A program made the translations under genes and the position numbers. Under the pieces are notes generated by a model. It did not search any database. It saw only the letters and a program-made list of their open reading frames with translations, and was not told the DNA's origin. 64,000 nucleotides of DNA from Squalus acanthias. Its lineage: Eukaryota. Location: the NCBI GenBank assembly GCA_030390025.1, contig CM059449.1, positions 33,852,001 to 33,916,000 on the forward strand, written 5' to 3'. Positions 24,264 through 37,121 of the stretch are shown here, piece after piece; positions within the stretch are counted from its first letter, which is position 1; every line of letters starts with the position of its first letter.

Positions 24264-25225
24264 TGTCTCTTAGCAAGCAAAGTTATGAAGGCCAAAAACC
24301 AAAGTACCTGCCAAGTTATGATCAGTAGCCAAAACTACCTCACACAGCGTTGACTCAATGCAGAATTCTCTCTTTCTCTCTCTCCGGATCTCTCTCTCTC
24401 TCTCAGAACGAGTGGTGCAAAAATGTCAACCACAGAGAAAGACAGGAAGAGGCCCCCTTTAAATAGCGCCCCCCCCCCCCCCAGCCCCACAGCGACTGAT
24501 AGCTTTCCAGTATTCCGGTCGTTGAATGCGCCAGGCGGAAAGGATGGGGGCGCCACTCAATTTCCGCTCCGGGGCGCCACAAGGACGTTGCACCCTCGTA
24601 TGACGTCAAGATCTGCGTGCGCAGGAGATCGCGGCGATAAAGTTTAGCGCCACCGCAAAATGTCTAGTTAAGTTCACGAGCGGCGCAAACATCGCTGCGC
24701 CCAGGCACTAGCTGCTTTGCGCCCCATTAGCGCCCTCTTAAGGCGCTAACGGGAGGCGCAACCAACTGAATTTTTCTCCCATTGACTTTAACTGACAACT
24801 GACCTAGTTGCCCTCGACTGCAGCCTCGAATGTCTTCTAGTAGCAGTTTTTAATACCAAAAACTTGGCAACTCGCCCACAGCATTCATGTCCCGAACCGT
24901 GTGAATAGCGCTGTTTTCTCTCTCTCACTTCCCTATCTGTTTTGACGCTTGGTGAACCAAGGCCTGAAGAAGTCCTTGTTTTTACACCTGAAGGTTGACT
25001 CCTTGTTCTCATAGAATTTTCAGGTCTCATCTTTTGGAGAAAAACAACAGCTTGCAAGCGCATTATTTATTTTACAAATGTTTAGCCAAGAAGTCTCTTT
25101 CCCTCAAAGCCTGTTGGTACATCAAATTTGGTCACTTTAGGTTCAGTCAAGTTTACTGTGATTGTTGTGTTCTTACAGAGTCCACCCTCAAGTGGCTGTG
25201 TACCTGAATTTAAGGTCACAGGCAC

Positions 25226-26340
25226 TTATACTTCGTCGTCAGCTTCTTTCCGTGTCTTCAGTAACAGCTTGATCAATGCTTGCTGCTTGCGGCGTTTGTT
25301 GACTCGACAAGTTATTATTAGAAAGTAAAAAACAAATACAATCACCAACTGATCAATGACTAAAATATGGGAGATAATTCTTATCCAGGGCTGAACCTCG
25401 ATATTCATCCCGATATCCCACCAGGACGAATCAGCCTCAATTTTAGATATTTCTTTGCTCAGGTTTCGCTTTTTCTGGGCCAAGGTATAAAAGTGCTTTT
25501 GAGATTGACTAACGCGTCTCATTAACTCTACCAAGTGTTGTGGCAGAGGTGGAATGTCGTAGCCGAACCGAGTCACGTACTGATGTAATTGCTCTTTTAA
25601 CTTAAAGTTATATCTACTTGCCATTGCGAATAATTGCTTAATAAAACCCGCGCCACAAGTCTCACAGGTTGGACTGGGGTAAAGCAAACAGTTCCCGCCA
25701 CAATGGGACAAGTCAGGTTGTTACCATACTGGTATTCCGGGTACATTGTAGTGACCCAATATTCACCTTTCCCACCATATGCAGATCGGAAAATGCTGTC
25801 CCTCGATCACTTTCATGGTGCAGTTCCATGCTATCCAATCCCAATCAAACCAGCACGCTGGGGCTGCATGTTCTACCACGTCATAAGGACAGATGAATGT
25901 GTCCCGAGCTTGAGCGCACCCGGTAAGACCTGGGGCCATCCATGTGGTCCCATCCACTCGGGTCACATACTGCGGGAGTTCATCATACCTTACTACTCAT
26001 CTCGCTGGCGTACTCCTATATTTTCCACACGGAATAGAGGATTTGGGGTCACCTTTTCCTGCAGGATTGGATAGTACAATACCATCCCGAACAGGGTGAT
26101 GTTGTTCTGTCCTGCAAATAGCATTGACGTTTCACCGGGTACTGCTGTACCAATCCGCTGGCATTACACATATTCATGGGAAATTGCGAAGTGGACATTG
26201 CTCTCAGGTGTCGATCAGTCACCCACGAGGGTAGCTTCCCCTCAGCAATGCTCTGCAAGTTTAAACGGGTTTGTTCCATTAACCAAGATCCATACATTAC
26301 ACACACAACATTTCGTGCGGCCTTATTAGAAGCCTTCCCA
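25226..26340 (-). pseudogene. Decayed viral or retroelement envelope (fusion) glycoprotein, C-terminal half
   Basis: Frameshifted pieces: GKLPSWV; PLFRVENIG; APGLTGC..FICP..C..NC; heptad region; SWWDIG; transmembrane segment IISHILVIDQLVIVFVFYFLII; basic tail NKRRK. Confidence 0.65.
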
Positions 26341-26354
26341 TGATCCTTTATAAT

Positions 26355-27102
26355 GGCCCGAAAATTAGACCTAATACGCGAGAGTACGCACTGTGTACTC
26401 TCGCGTTTTAGGTCTCCAATTGCCGGTTTTCAGCATGCACTGCGCATGCGCGGGAAACCGGCAATTCGTGAGCTCAAAAGGGGGCGGTTCCTAAGTGAAC
26501 CACGTGCGCGCTACAGGCTGCGCGCACGCAGTGCACTTAGTGCTTTGAACGCGCAGGTAAGCATGGAAGATTTTACACATAAAGAAAGGTGGCGTAAGAC
26601 CCTCTTTAAACAAGGTAAATAGTTAATTAAGTATTATTTTAATTTTTTTTCAACAAGTTTATCTTTTTTAGAGACTTTAAAGAAAGGTAAGTTTATTTTT
26701 ATAACTTTTAAAAAGATTTTACATTTTTTCAAAAATTTTAATTTTTGTTTAAAGTGGTTAATTTATTTAAATATAGTTATTTTATTATTGTGATTTTTTT
26801 AAATTTAATTGAGGTTTAGCTGTTCCTTTGGGGGTAAGTTGTATTCATAGCTTTGACAGTTGTCCTGTCAAAACAATGAATGAAAGATGGTGTGCTGCCA
26901 TTGGCTCTAACTGAATCACGTGATCCCACAGCACGCACGAACTAACTGCGTCTGTGGGTCACGCAAGCACTGCACAGCTGCATGTGGGACTGGCCTTGAA
27001 ACTAAAGTTCGTGTGAGCCCGGAGGGAAAAGGGAGGAGCGCACTGAGATTTCGCGGGGAAGCCTTACCCCCGCAGGAACGCTCCGTGTTTAATTTCTGGG
27101 CC
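26355..27102 (+). mobile_element. Harbinger-type MITE, structured family
   Basis: aat|ggcccgaaaatta ... taatttctgggcc. It truncates the env remnant and abuts H2. Confidence 0.88.
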
Positions 27103-27895
27103 AAATAATGTCCGGAAAATTAGACCTAATACGCGAGAGTACGCACTGTGTACTCTCGCGTATTGGGTCTCGAATTGCCGGTTTCCTGCATGCACTGCGC
27201 ATGCGCGGGAAACCGGCACTTCCTGTGGCTTCACCGAAAGGTGTGTCCGTGGTATCGGGTGCGCCGGAGAGTCTGCGCGTGCGTCAAGAACTTGGATTTT
27301 TTTTATCAATGGTGGAAGTGTGTGTCAGCTCCTAGCAATTACACATGTAAAAACCAGGGATAAACCATTTTCGATAGCTCCGGAGACAGCAGGAGGAAGA
27401 AATCTTTTAGCAGTGGGGCTACTTAAGTGAGCTTTTGTAAATCTGAAAGCCAGCAAAGTTTATTTAATTAAGTTTTAGGTAAGTTTGCAATTTTTTAAAA
27501 AGTTTAAAAACGGGTTTGGAGTAGTATAGCAACTGTGGGTGTGTACAAGGCATGTTGATTAAGGTTTCTATCATAAATGTGAAAATGACTGTTTAAAAAT
27601 GAACTATTTACATTTCAAAAAGTTTTAAAGAAGAAAATGATCATCAATGATATTCCTCTAAGTAAGTAAGTATGTATGTATGTATGTATGCATTAATTTA
27701 TGAAAATGTTACAGTTCTGGAAAATCATCTCGGGCCGTGAGGCGGGTAGACGTGTTCCCAATCCGATAGCGCACGTTTCCCACCATAGCCCGACCTGATT
27801 TTATAGCCACTCACTTTACTAAAGTTACTTTAACAACTATTTCCATTTTTTCATTAAAACTTTCTGTTTAAAGAGGAAGCCTGTGAGGGAGAAAG

Positions 27896-29044
27896 ATGCG
27901 CTTTCAGAATCAAGTCCTGTTCCTCTGTGGGATTTTGAATCAGAGAATTTTAGACGCCAGGCGACAAAACAGACGGAGGAACCAAGCCCGTCCCCTCCTG
28001 AGAAGGAGAAACTACTACCCACAAAAGAGAGTGTACAGGGAGAGGCTGTCATTTGAGATGCTGTCGGAGGAGTTGTGTGTGAGGAGGCTGCACTTCAGTA
28101 AAGAGTCAATCGGCCGAATCTGTGACATGTTAAAGGAGGACCTTCAAACACGCTCGAAGAGCCGCACTGCATTGTCAGTGAGCATGAAGGTAACCACAGC
28201 ACTGAACTTCTTTGGAAGTGGGACTTTTCAGGCAAGCACCGGTGACATTTCCAACATATCCAAGAATGCTGCGAGGGCCAGCATTCACCAGGTAAGAGAA
28301 GCCATTTTCCGTAGGGCTTCAAAGTTCATTAACTATGACTTGTCCGCTCGCCATCAAAAGGAGATGGCCCTTGCATTTCATAACATTGCTGGATTCCCCA
28401 AAGTGATTGGGGCCGTCGATGGAACCCATGTTGCATTGAAGGCACCAGGGGTTCCACCTGTGACATTTATCAACAGGAAGGGGTTTCATTCATTGAATGT
28501 CCAGATTGTCTGTGATGCGCATCTCAGGATCCTAAATGTGAATGCAAGTAACCGGGGAAGTAATCATGACTCCTTCGTCCTCCGTAACTCGAACTGATAT
28601 GGCGCCCTCAACGCATTGCCTCCAGGATCTGCATGGATATTGGGCGACAAGGGCTACCCGCTAAGACCATGGCTGATGACTCCCTACCGCAAGACCAATA
28701 ATGAGGCTCAGGAGAGATACAACCAGGCACACGTGTCCACACGGCAAGTGGTGGATTGGACAATAGGAGTTCTGAAATCACGCTTCCGGTGCCTGGACAG
28801 GTCAGGGGGGACCTTGCAGTATTCTCCTCTGAAAGTGGCAAAGATTGTGGTGGTCTGTTGTGCTTTGCGTAACTTTGCCCTGCGGGAAGGACTGACCCTT
28901 AACGCTGCAGAGGAACTACCTGCTGAAATGGAGGACGTGGACAATGCTAATGAGCCTGTGGGAAGGCCTGATGGGGAAGTCCCAACTGCTGCTCAAAGTA
29001 AGGCTGTTCGGGAGCAGCTGGTAGCCAACACCTTCACAAGGTAG
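27896..29044 (+). pseudogene. H2 Harbinger transposase (382 codons) with one nonsense codon
   Basis: A single frame throughout. TGA at 28595-28597 where H1 has TTA, and VVD in place of the conserved VVE. Confidence 0.92.
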
Positions 29045-29599
29045 TGTCGCCTTGTACCTCCCCCTCCCCTCCCCCTCCCCATCCCTCTCCCTCTCCCCCA
29101 GCAAGGCAAATAAAGGAACAGACACAATTTAAAGTGAAACAGTGCTCTTTTATTGCAGCATTATAGATTTCTGAGGTTCAGTGTTGATGTACATAGTTTA
29201 TAACTTTTCAATGTTAACTAGCTACTTTTCAACTTTGCAAACATTCGTAAACAGAAATAGGTTAGAATAAAATTTGTAAACAGTTTTCAGTGACTTTTTT
29301 GCTTCGTTACTGCAATAAAGACATTCAAGATGGAAAATAACTCTTTCCTAAATGTAAACAGTTTTAACGTTCAATTTTTTTTGCAAATAAACAATTTGAA
29401 TTTTTTTAAAGTGAATAGAGGCTGTACTTTTTCAATGAAAAGGTTACTTACACTTTCAGTGACAAATATATATTTCAATAAAAAAACAATGAAAACATGT
29501 AACTTTTAAATAAAACGAAAAATAAAACAATTGAAAGATTTACACGCTGGAAACTATGCCTGAGGGTCAATGGATGTGCATTGTGGAAAATGTGACACC

Positions 29600-31226
29600 C
29601 TACTGTCTCCTGCACTTTCCCGCTCCTCGTGACCGGTGCCCTGTGCTGCGACTTGAAACGGCCCTGTTTGCCGTCTCTTGCCCTTCAGCAATTGCCTCCT
29701 GACAGGGTTGCTGCTGCTGCTGCTGCTGCTGCAAGGCAATGTTTGCTTGCACCACCACAGGCGGAGCAGCTGGCTCTTGGACCTGCACTGTTTCTGTGCT
29801 GGGAGCAGGTAAGGTTGGTTCTGCGGGAGTCACAGTAATGGCAGCAGAAATTATTTGCAAGAGTCCAGCAAGAGACTCATTCATTTTATTAAGCTCCATT
29901 CCCAAATCTGGTTTCTGCAAGAGTCCAACAAGAGACTCATTTATTTTCTTAAGCTCCATTCCCACATTTTGTCCAACAAGAGACTCATTTATTTTCTTAA
30001 GCTCCATTCCCACATTTTGACCAATGATAGACTCTTTCAATTGATTAAATGACATGCACATACAATCCATTCCCTGCTTGACCGAGGCAAGACACTCAAC
30101 TTGTTTCTCTGTAAGAGAACACATCGATTGCCTCAACCCTTCAAGATGGTGGATGTGACCTTGTAACTCCTGTTCTGTTGCATGTATATCTGCATGTATA
30201 TCTGTTTCTCCCACATGCACTGCAGTATCAAGCTGCTGTCTGTCTGGCACAGAGCCAGAGGGGCTTGGAGATGGAGAGGACCTCTCCAGCAACCCAGATT
30301 CCAGACCCTCCAATTCCAGTTCAGCAACAATTTCCTGTTGCTGCTCCTCCACCACCACCACACTCGCATCTCCCACAGGCTCAACATGCCCTTCACCAAT
30401 GACCTCTTCGGCTGCAGACTCAACGCACTGCTCATCCCGTGACTGAGAAGTCTGCTGTAAACCTATGGAAAGGAAACAGTAAAGATTAGCAAAGGTAAAG
30501 CATGATGTGCCACATCACAGAAGCTGATATTCAGCACACATCACCTCTGTCGATTTGTTCAGTTTCAAAGGGGCAGCCGCGAAGATATCCAAATAGATGC
30601 TCGAGCCTTTCCTCATGTTCGGTTAAAGCCCTTAACGTGACAACACCACCGCCTGTCAGTGCACGTTCTCTGGCGTTGTGCGCAGTTTTAGTCTTAAATT
30701 AAAACATAAAATATGAAATGTCATGAAATGTAAGGATTTTTACACCAAAACTGCATTGGCACGCACTCAGTTAACTCAGTAAACAACTCAAAGCAGTGGA
30801 ATCAAGATAACATCAGCATTTTATGACCCTAGCCTGGCTACAAAAGCCATAAAAATTTATGGCAGCATCTTGTGACTTCAGTTAACTCAGCTTAGCAAAC
30901 AAACACTATTTAAAAGTATTTCATATTAAATGTTAAGACATTTTAACATTGACATTTGTTATAACTATACAAACCTTGAGCGTTCGCAATAAATCACTGA
31001 ATTTCTTGCGACATTGTTCTGCTGTACGTGGAATGGTCGAGTTTGTGGTCACACTTTGAGCAACCTCTTTCCACGCTACCATTTGGCCTTTTCGAGGCGG
31101 TTTGGACTTCTCAGTTCCAATGATCCTTAACCGCTTCGCGTTGACCTCGTCGAGGCGTGTGCGGAGATCATCGTCACTGAAATTTTGAGTTCTTTTGATA
31201 AATTGGATATTGCTGATAGCAGCCAT
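29600..31226 (-). CDS. H2 Myb/SANT-like protein, apparently intact, 420 aa; exons 31226-30975, 30692-30545, 30462-29600
   Basis: GT-AG introns, exon 2 is 148 nt as in H1, and the spliced frame is an open 1263 nt. Confidence 0.72.
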
Positions 31227-31989
31227 TTCCGTTTGCTGATTAAATAAAGTAAAATCAATGCAAAAAATGATTTCACGGCTTTTAAAACTATTTAAATTAC
31301 TTTAAATCTCTTTACAACTGTTTAAAATTATTCCAATTCATCTAAAAATCTTTAAAAGTTTTCAAAACATGCATTTAAATGCAACTTACTTTAACTGCCA
31401 CGTCTCCCGTTGTTAGAAATCTCCCTGCAACTGCTTTGAAACTCCATTGAAGTGAAAAAAAAATTGGGGGCGTGGCCTATGGTAATGGCGCCTTCCAGGG
31501 CGTGTCTTCACTGGACATCGCACGCGATGAAACGCGCACGCAGCGCTGCAGGGCGGTGTGACGTCAGACACTGCCATGCAGTGCAGCTCAGAAAATTCCA
31601 AGTTCGTGTGTAGGAAAAGGCAAACGGCAGACGCGGTATGTAATACCGCGCCGGTTCCTTACCCCCGCGGGAAGCATCGCACTCTAATTTCTGGGCCAAT
31701 TTTTTGACAGGCGTTGTCGGATCTGAACGAAAAATAAGATTTTTCAAGTAAATTAGACATATCTATTGCTTATCCTGATCTATTTCCAACACCGGTTTCC
31801 TTAACATATCTTTCAAGCCCTACACCCGTCAGTAACACATGTAGTTAACTATTGAAACAGCCATCTATTCCCAGCAAAGGATCAATTTTGTAAATGAGGC
31901 ACCGGGCGTATGATTCTTTCAATGACAAGTTCCTGCCTGACCTGCCATTTTGTTCCCAAATTGAGAATTCACAACTTTATTTCACAATT

Positions 31990-32958
31990 TATACTAACGA
32001 TTTAGACTTTGGAATCAAAAACACAATTTCTAAATTTCTGGATTCCACCAAACTGGGGGGGATAGGTTAGTCAATGCTAAGGCGAACTGCAAAAAATTGC
32101 AAGAAGACATTAATCAACTTGCAGAATTGTCATACAATTTGCAAATTAATTTTAACATCGGTAACTGTAAGGTATCACATTTTAGTAAGAAGAATTAGCC
32201 ACATATTACTTGGACAATAAAATCTAAATTGTGTAGTGGAGCAAAGGTATTAGGGAGTACAAAAACCCAAATCACGAAGAGTTGCGACACAGGTCAATAA
32301 GGCCATTAGAAAAGCAAACCAAGCATGAGTTGTTATTTCCTGGGGGATAAAATTGAAAAAGTAGAGAAAGCATGCTAGACTTGTATCGAACATTGATTAG
32401 ACCACCCTTTGAGTTCTGTGTACAGTTATCGTCATCATATTATGAAAAACGATATAAAGGCACTGGAGAATGTGCAAAGAAACATTGCAAGGATGATACC
32501 AGAACTGCGAGGTTATACATATCAGGAAAGGATGAACAGGCTCTTGAAAAGCGGTTACATAACAGAGGTCTTTGAAATTATGCAACATTTTGATAGGGTA
32601 AACAGAGAGAGAGAGAGAGAGAGAGAGAGTTTCCACTTGTGGGGAAGAGCAAAACTAAAGGCAGTCATCATAAGATAGTTATCAAGAAATCAAACTGGGA
32701 ATTCAGAAGAAACTTATTTACCCAGAGCATGGTGAGAATAAGGAACTCGCTATCACAGGGAGCAGTTGAGGCGAATAGTACAGCTGGATTTCAGGGAAAG
32801 CGAGATATGCATATGAGGGACAAAGGTACAGAGGGTTATGCTGACAGACTGAGATGAAGAAGGATGAGAGGAGGCGTGAGTGGAGCATTAATGCTGGCAT
32901 GTACTGGTCGGACCAAATAGCATATTTCTGTGCTGTATATTGTATGTAATTCTACGTA
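31990..32958 (+). mobile_element. CR1 LINE RT C-terminus and 3' end, decayed
   Basis: SKFLDSTKLGG, LYRTLIRP.FEFCVQ and ALENVQRNIARMIPELRG motifs, followed by the 3' tail. Confidence 0.85.
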
Positions 32959-34737
32959 AACTCAGAGTTCAGATCTCCAGTCAGCATTAAAGACAAGGGA
33001 AAACTTAGACTTGCTGTCACAGCGGAAATTAATCGAGCTACAGAAATTACCTTGAAGTCAACAAAACAGGAGGTCAGCTGACCAATTGCTAGTGAGGCAA
33101 TGTTAAATGTATTGCCTCCTTCCACTAAAAGTGGCCTTCATTGATCCACAATTAGAGATCTTAAAACCGCCAACTACATTGGTTCTCAGTCAATATGCAT
33201 TCGCTTTCCAACTATGCCGTTCTCTTCACTAAACATCATTTTCCCTTAATTTATTTCCAAACAAAGGCACAAACAAAGCAAAGTAACCCCATCAGATTCG
33301 CTGTTTCTTTTCGCTCAGAATGAGAGATCTGCATAGTTAACGCCATCAATGTCATGTCATCAATGGAATTCACATAATGATGCAGTTTGCTCAATCTATG
33401 TATAAGTCATATTTTCCTTTTCCTAATTCAAATCATTCAACTTAAAACACAAAAAATCTTATTTTGTTACAGAATCATGGGGAAAAAATCCCATCACACT
33501 TTCCCAACATGCACAAGTTATGAGGGGCGGCTAATATCAATTCGGAGAGGGAAGCAGAGAAGCTTTCCAAAAATAATCGAAGGGAGCTGAGACGGATTGT
33601 AATGGCTGATATCGCTACCCTGAATGGGATCAGCGACCTCAATTCCGAGTGTGGATGCAACTTTCGGGAATTATTTGGATAGGACTTATGTAAAGTTTAT
33701 GAAAATAGCATTCAAGTAGCATAAAGTGGACAATCTAACTTTCATATACAAAAGTGGCACCTCTTTCCGCCATCCAAACCTTGCCCCCAATCCCAGCATC
33801 TGCTGCAGTGAGAATGGTAATCACTTTGAGGAACTATCTGAATGTACATCATCATTTTAATATACATCACACCAAAATTCATTGTTGACCATATGGTAAA
33901 ATATTTAAAAAGATGACGGGCATTAGGGGAATGTGCCTTATTTCTAAAATAATTCGGCTTCAGGCAGGGCTACTTGCCATTGACCGGAGTGTTATAACCG
34001 GGTCCCCGATCCCAATTCCGGCTGCACTGTCGGCGTGAAGTCTCCTTTTTACCCTCCAACTCCTTGGAATTTGACGGCCATAAACTCCCATAGCCCTTCC
34101 AAACGGCTACTGAGATGGTTATCCACATTCATCTTTCTCACACCCGGTATATATCAGACCAGACTCTGTCTCCTTCCCCTTCGCCCAACGCCTGTTGATG
34201 CTGAAATCCAACATCTCAGCATATCCGCGGGGCGGCTCAGCTTTATACAACTGATTATATCACTGTCTATCTTTGAATGCTCATCAATATAACATGCCCC
34301 ACGGAGCCTCCTTATACTGATATTATACTGAATATCAATTAACAAATAAAATTTATGATGCACCCAAAATGTAGGTGGTGCTTATCTACCGCTAATATGC
34401 ACAGTTATTTCATCAAATGCCTTCCATGAACCTTTAATGGAAAGACCTCAGCTTCAGGTGTCTGCACCTTTAGTTTAGGAGTGCAGATTTCAAACTAGTT
34501 TATTTTAAATTATGATCAATGTAATATACTTGACATTTTTTGAATGTGAAATGTTCTGCTCCCTGATCAGTAGGAGCGAATACGGCTCGGCTTAATCTGT
34601 TTGTTCAAATGACTTGAATTGATGCCAATTGTGCAATTTTCTTTTAAAACTTGAGCTTTCTCTCAGGTCTGAAAAGGACCTAATTTTTAAAGCAGTTTGT
34701 CCATAACACTGACAGACCGCATCGCTTCCCTCCGAAA

Positions 34738-36283
34738 ATAGGGCAGCCGTTAATAATCATACAGATAGAAAGGATATACTACGGTATTCTTGCAAAAGTT
34801 GGAGTTCAGAGTAAGCCGCTTATAATAAGTTAATATTCACCTTCAGGGGTATCCCACTGTCTCACTGCTCATGCTGTCGCTGTAATAATACTATCTCTTT
34901 GTTTTGACGTGGTTGATGTGCAGACATTAATTACCGCCAGCAAATAAATAACAACAAGAAAACACAAATTTTCCTACATTTTCCTCATGTAATAACCGGA
35001 CGGGCAGCACAAATTGCTCTGAAGCTTTAAATTAAACCGTTTCTGGGGATTTTGTCTCATTTGCAGATAATCTTGCAAATTTCAGTCGGAGCCAAATATT
35101 AGCATCGCAGCTTGGTTCTGGTTGATTAATATTATTGAGAAGTAGCAACTATCCATTAGGATAAGATGCCAAGATCTGCCGGGAGAGACGCTCTGAACGG
35201 TCCAAGTTACGGCCGCCGATCGGAAGAACCTCCAACCTCCGGAATTCTACCCAGTAAAGTATCGCTGGAGGTAAAATCTGTGCTGCTTCTGCTTTCTTCG
35301 GCGTTAGTAAGACAAGGCATTAATGATATAAAATATAATAGACTTTACTCACCTTGTGGGCAGATTTTTTTAAATTATTCTTATTCTGGGAAACTGAACG
35401 CAGGAAAAATTCCGCATCACACATAAAACCCTGAACATGCAACTGATAAATTGGAATTATTTTCTCAAATGAGTTCTGGGTTTAAAGGCAGCTTGAATTA
35501 TGTATTGTTTTAATAGTTGAAACACGACTCAATGAATCTACTGGAGAGTAATACTGGGCGTGGTGTAAAACCAGCTTTCCAGCGATTCCCTTGGATTTCC
35601 GCCCTGCGAGTTAGGTTAAAATTAGCGACAGAGGATTTGGAGAGACAAGATAAAGGGAGCAGGAATTTTAATAAAAAGCAACTGTCGACTGATCATCCTC
35701 TTAATATAAGGAGAGTTAGTAATGTCATTGCATCGTTTTTGCAGATAATTTAGTTACAATTGTAATTCTCTCCCGCGGAGGTTACGGCCTCTCCAAATGC
35801 AGCACGCGTTACCTGGTGACCATGGCTGCGGCGGGTCTACTGGTCCTGACACCTGATCTAATATATATGGGATTCAAGATGCTCATTGTCCATATTCCTT
35901 CTAGAATGATGCTCCCATTTGCTGCCTCAATCCCGCCCTAATTTTTACTAATGTCGGTTGTTTTATCTGGGTAACTGTCACTTTCACCTTTGACCGGGTT
36001 GGGCCATTTGTTGCCAAACGTTGCCAACAATATTTTGCAGTGAAAACACTGCGGCTGTGGTTATAGCAGCGGTCTGTTCCATGAGCGTTAAATACAATAT
36101 TGCAATCTACTTTGTATATTAACTTCCTGAAATAATTGAGAAAGCAACATGTTCTTGCTATGTAATATAAAACTTTTATAGCTTAACTATATGGGTAGAA
36201 TTTTGTGGTAGTAAATTATTTAAACTCGATTGGCTCCAATGGTTTTGATTTTTCTGCTGAATGCTCTGCTCATCAGACACATT
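34738..36283 (+). pseudogene. GPR139/142-like pseudogene; exon 1 34738-34810 (ATG>ATA), exon 2 35745-36283, truncated by H4
   Basis: GQPLIIIQIERIYYGILAKVGV; NLVTIVILSRGGYGLSKCSTRYLV; WVTVTFTFDR. Contains frameshifts and stops, and ends at LNALLIRHI. Confidence 0.85.
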
Positions 36284-37121
36284 GGCGCGTATTTTGCGAC
36301 CCCCACGCGTGCGTACGAGGTGCGCACGAGCCCATAAGGGGTCGCGCAAGTGCCGGGTTCAGGCATTCAAAGCGCATGCGCTGAAACTCGTCACTTGCGC
36401 TTTGTCAAGAATCATCTTTACAAATCCTCAGCAAACGCAGCAGAGATAGCAGTGCCGGCACAGATTTGCGAGAATTTGTCAAATACTGGCCAGCAGCTAC
36501 ATACGAAACAGCTGTGACAGATAATAGCAGACGTACAGCCTGCATTCTATCTTAAGAAGCAGCAGAAGAAGACCTGGAAAGCAGGGGGCTGGGAAACGGG
36601 ACTGTTTTCGCTGTGAAAGTGAACAAAGTTCTTTGTACAAAGCCTGATGTAAGCTTTTAACAACTTTAATTTGTTTATTTAATTGGTTTCCGATCTTGTT
36701 TTGAGCAGTGCAGGTAATTTAAAGAGCAACTCTCGCTGTTGGCAAGATAAATATTCTATTCAATTAGACTTAATTTTTTTTAATTTGAAAATGACTGTTT
36801 ATAAATGATTTATTTCACGTTTACTAATGTCTAAAAAAGTTATGCCAGAATATATGAATTATTTAATTGTTAAGTTGTTTATGCTGTTTAAAAATTTTAC
36901 TTATGACTTTGTTTAAATGTTAAAGTTCTTAGAAATTCATCTTGGGCGGAGATATTCATCAGGCGGGTATGACGGGTGCTCGATCCGATATCGCCCGTTT
37001 CGCACTACAGCCCGACGTGAATTTCTACCCATTCACTTTTTAAAATGACTTTTACAACTCTTTCCATTTCTTCCCGACATGTACTTCATCTGTTTAAAGA
37101 GGAAAACTGTGAGAGAGAAAC

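Larger units (their letters stand above)
20548..24780. mobile_element. PIF/Harbinger transposon H3 (second family; Myb-like gene on +, transposase on -)
   Basis: 16-bp TIRs gggggagaaattcagt / actgaatttttctccc, subterminal tagcgcc / ggcgcta repeats and convergent genes. Confidence 0.9.
27110..31697. mobile_element. PIF/Harbinger transposon H2 (transposase on +, Myb-like gene on -), AAT TSD
   Basis: aat|gtccggaaaattaga ... tctaatttctgggcc|aat; colinear with H1. Confidence 0.93.
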
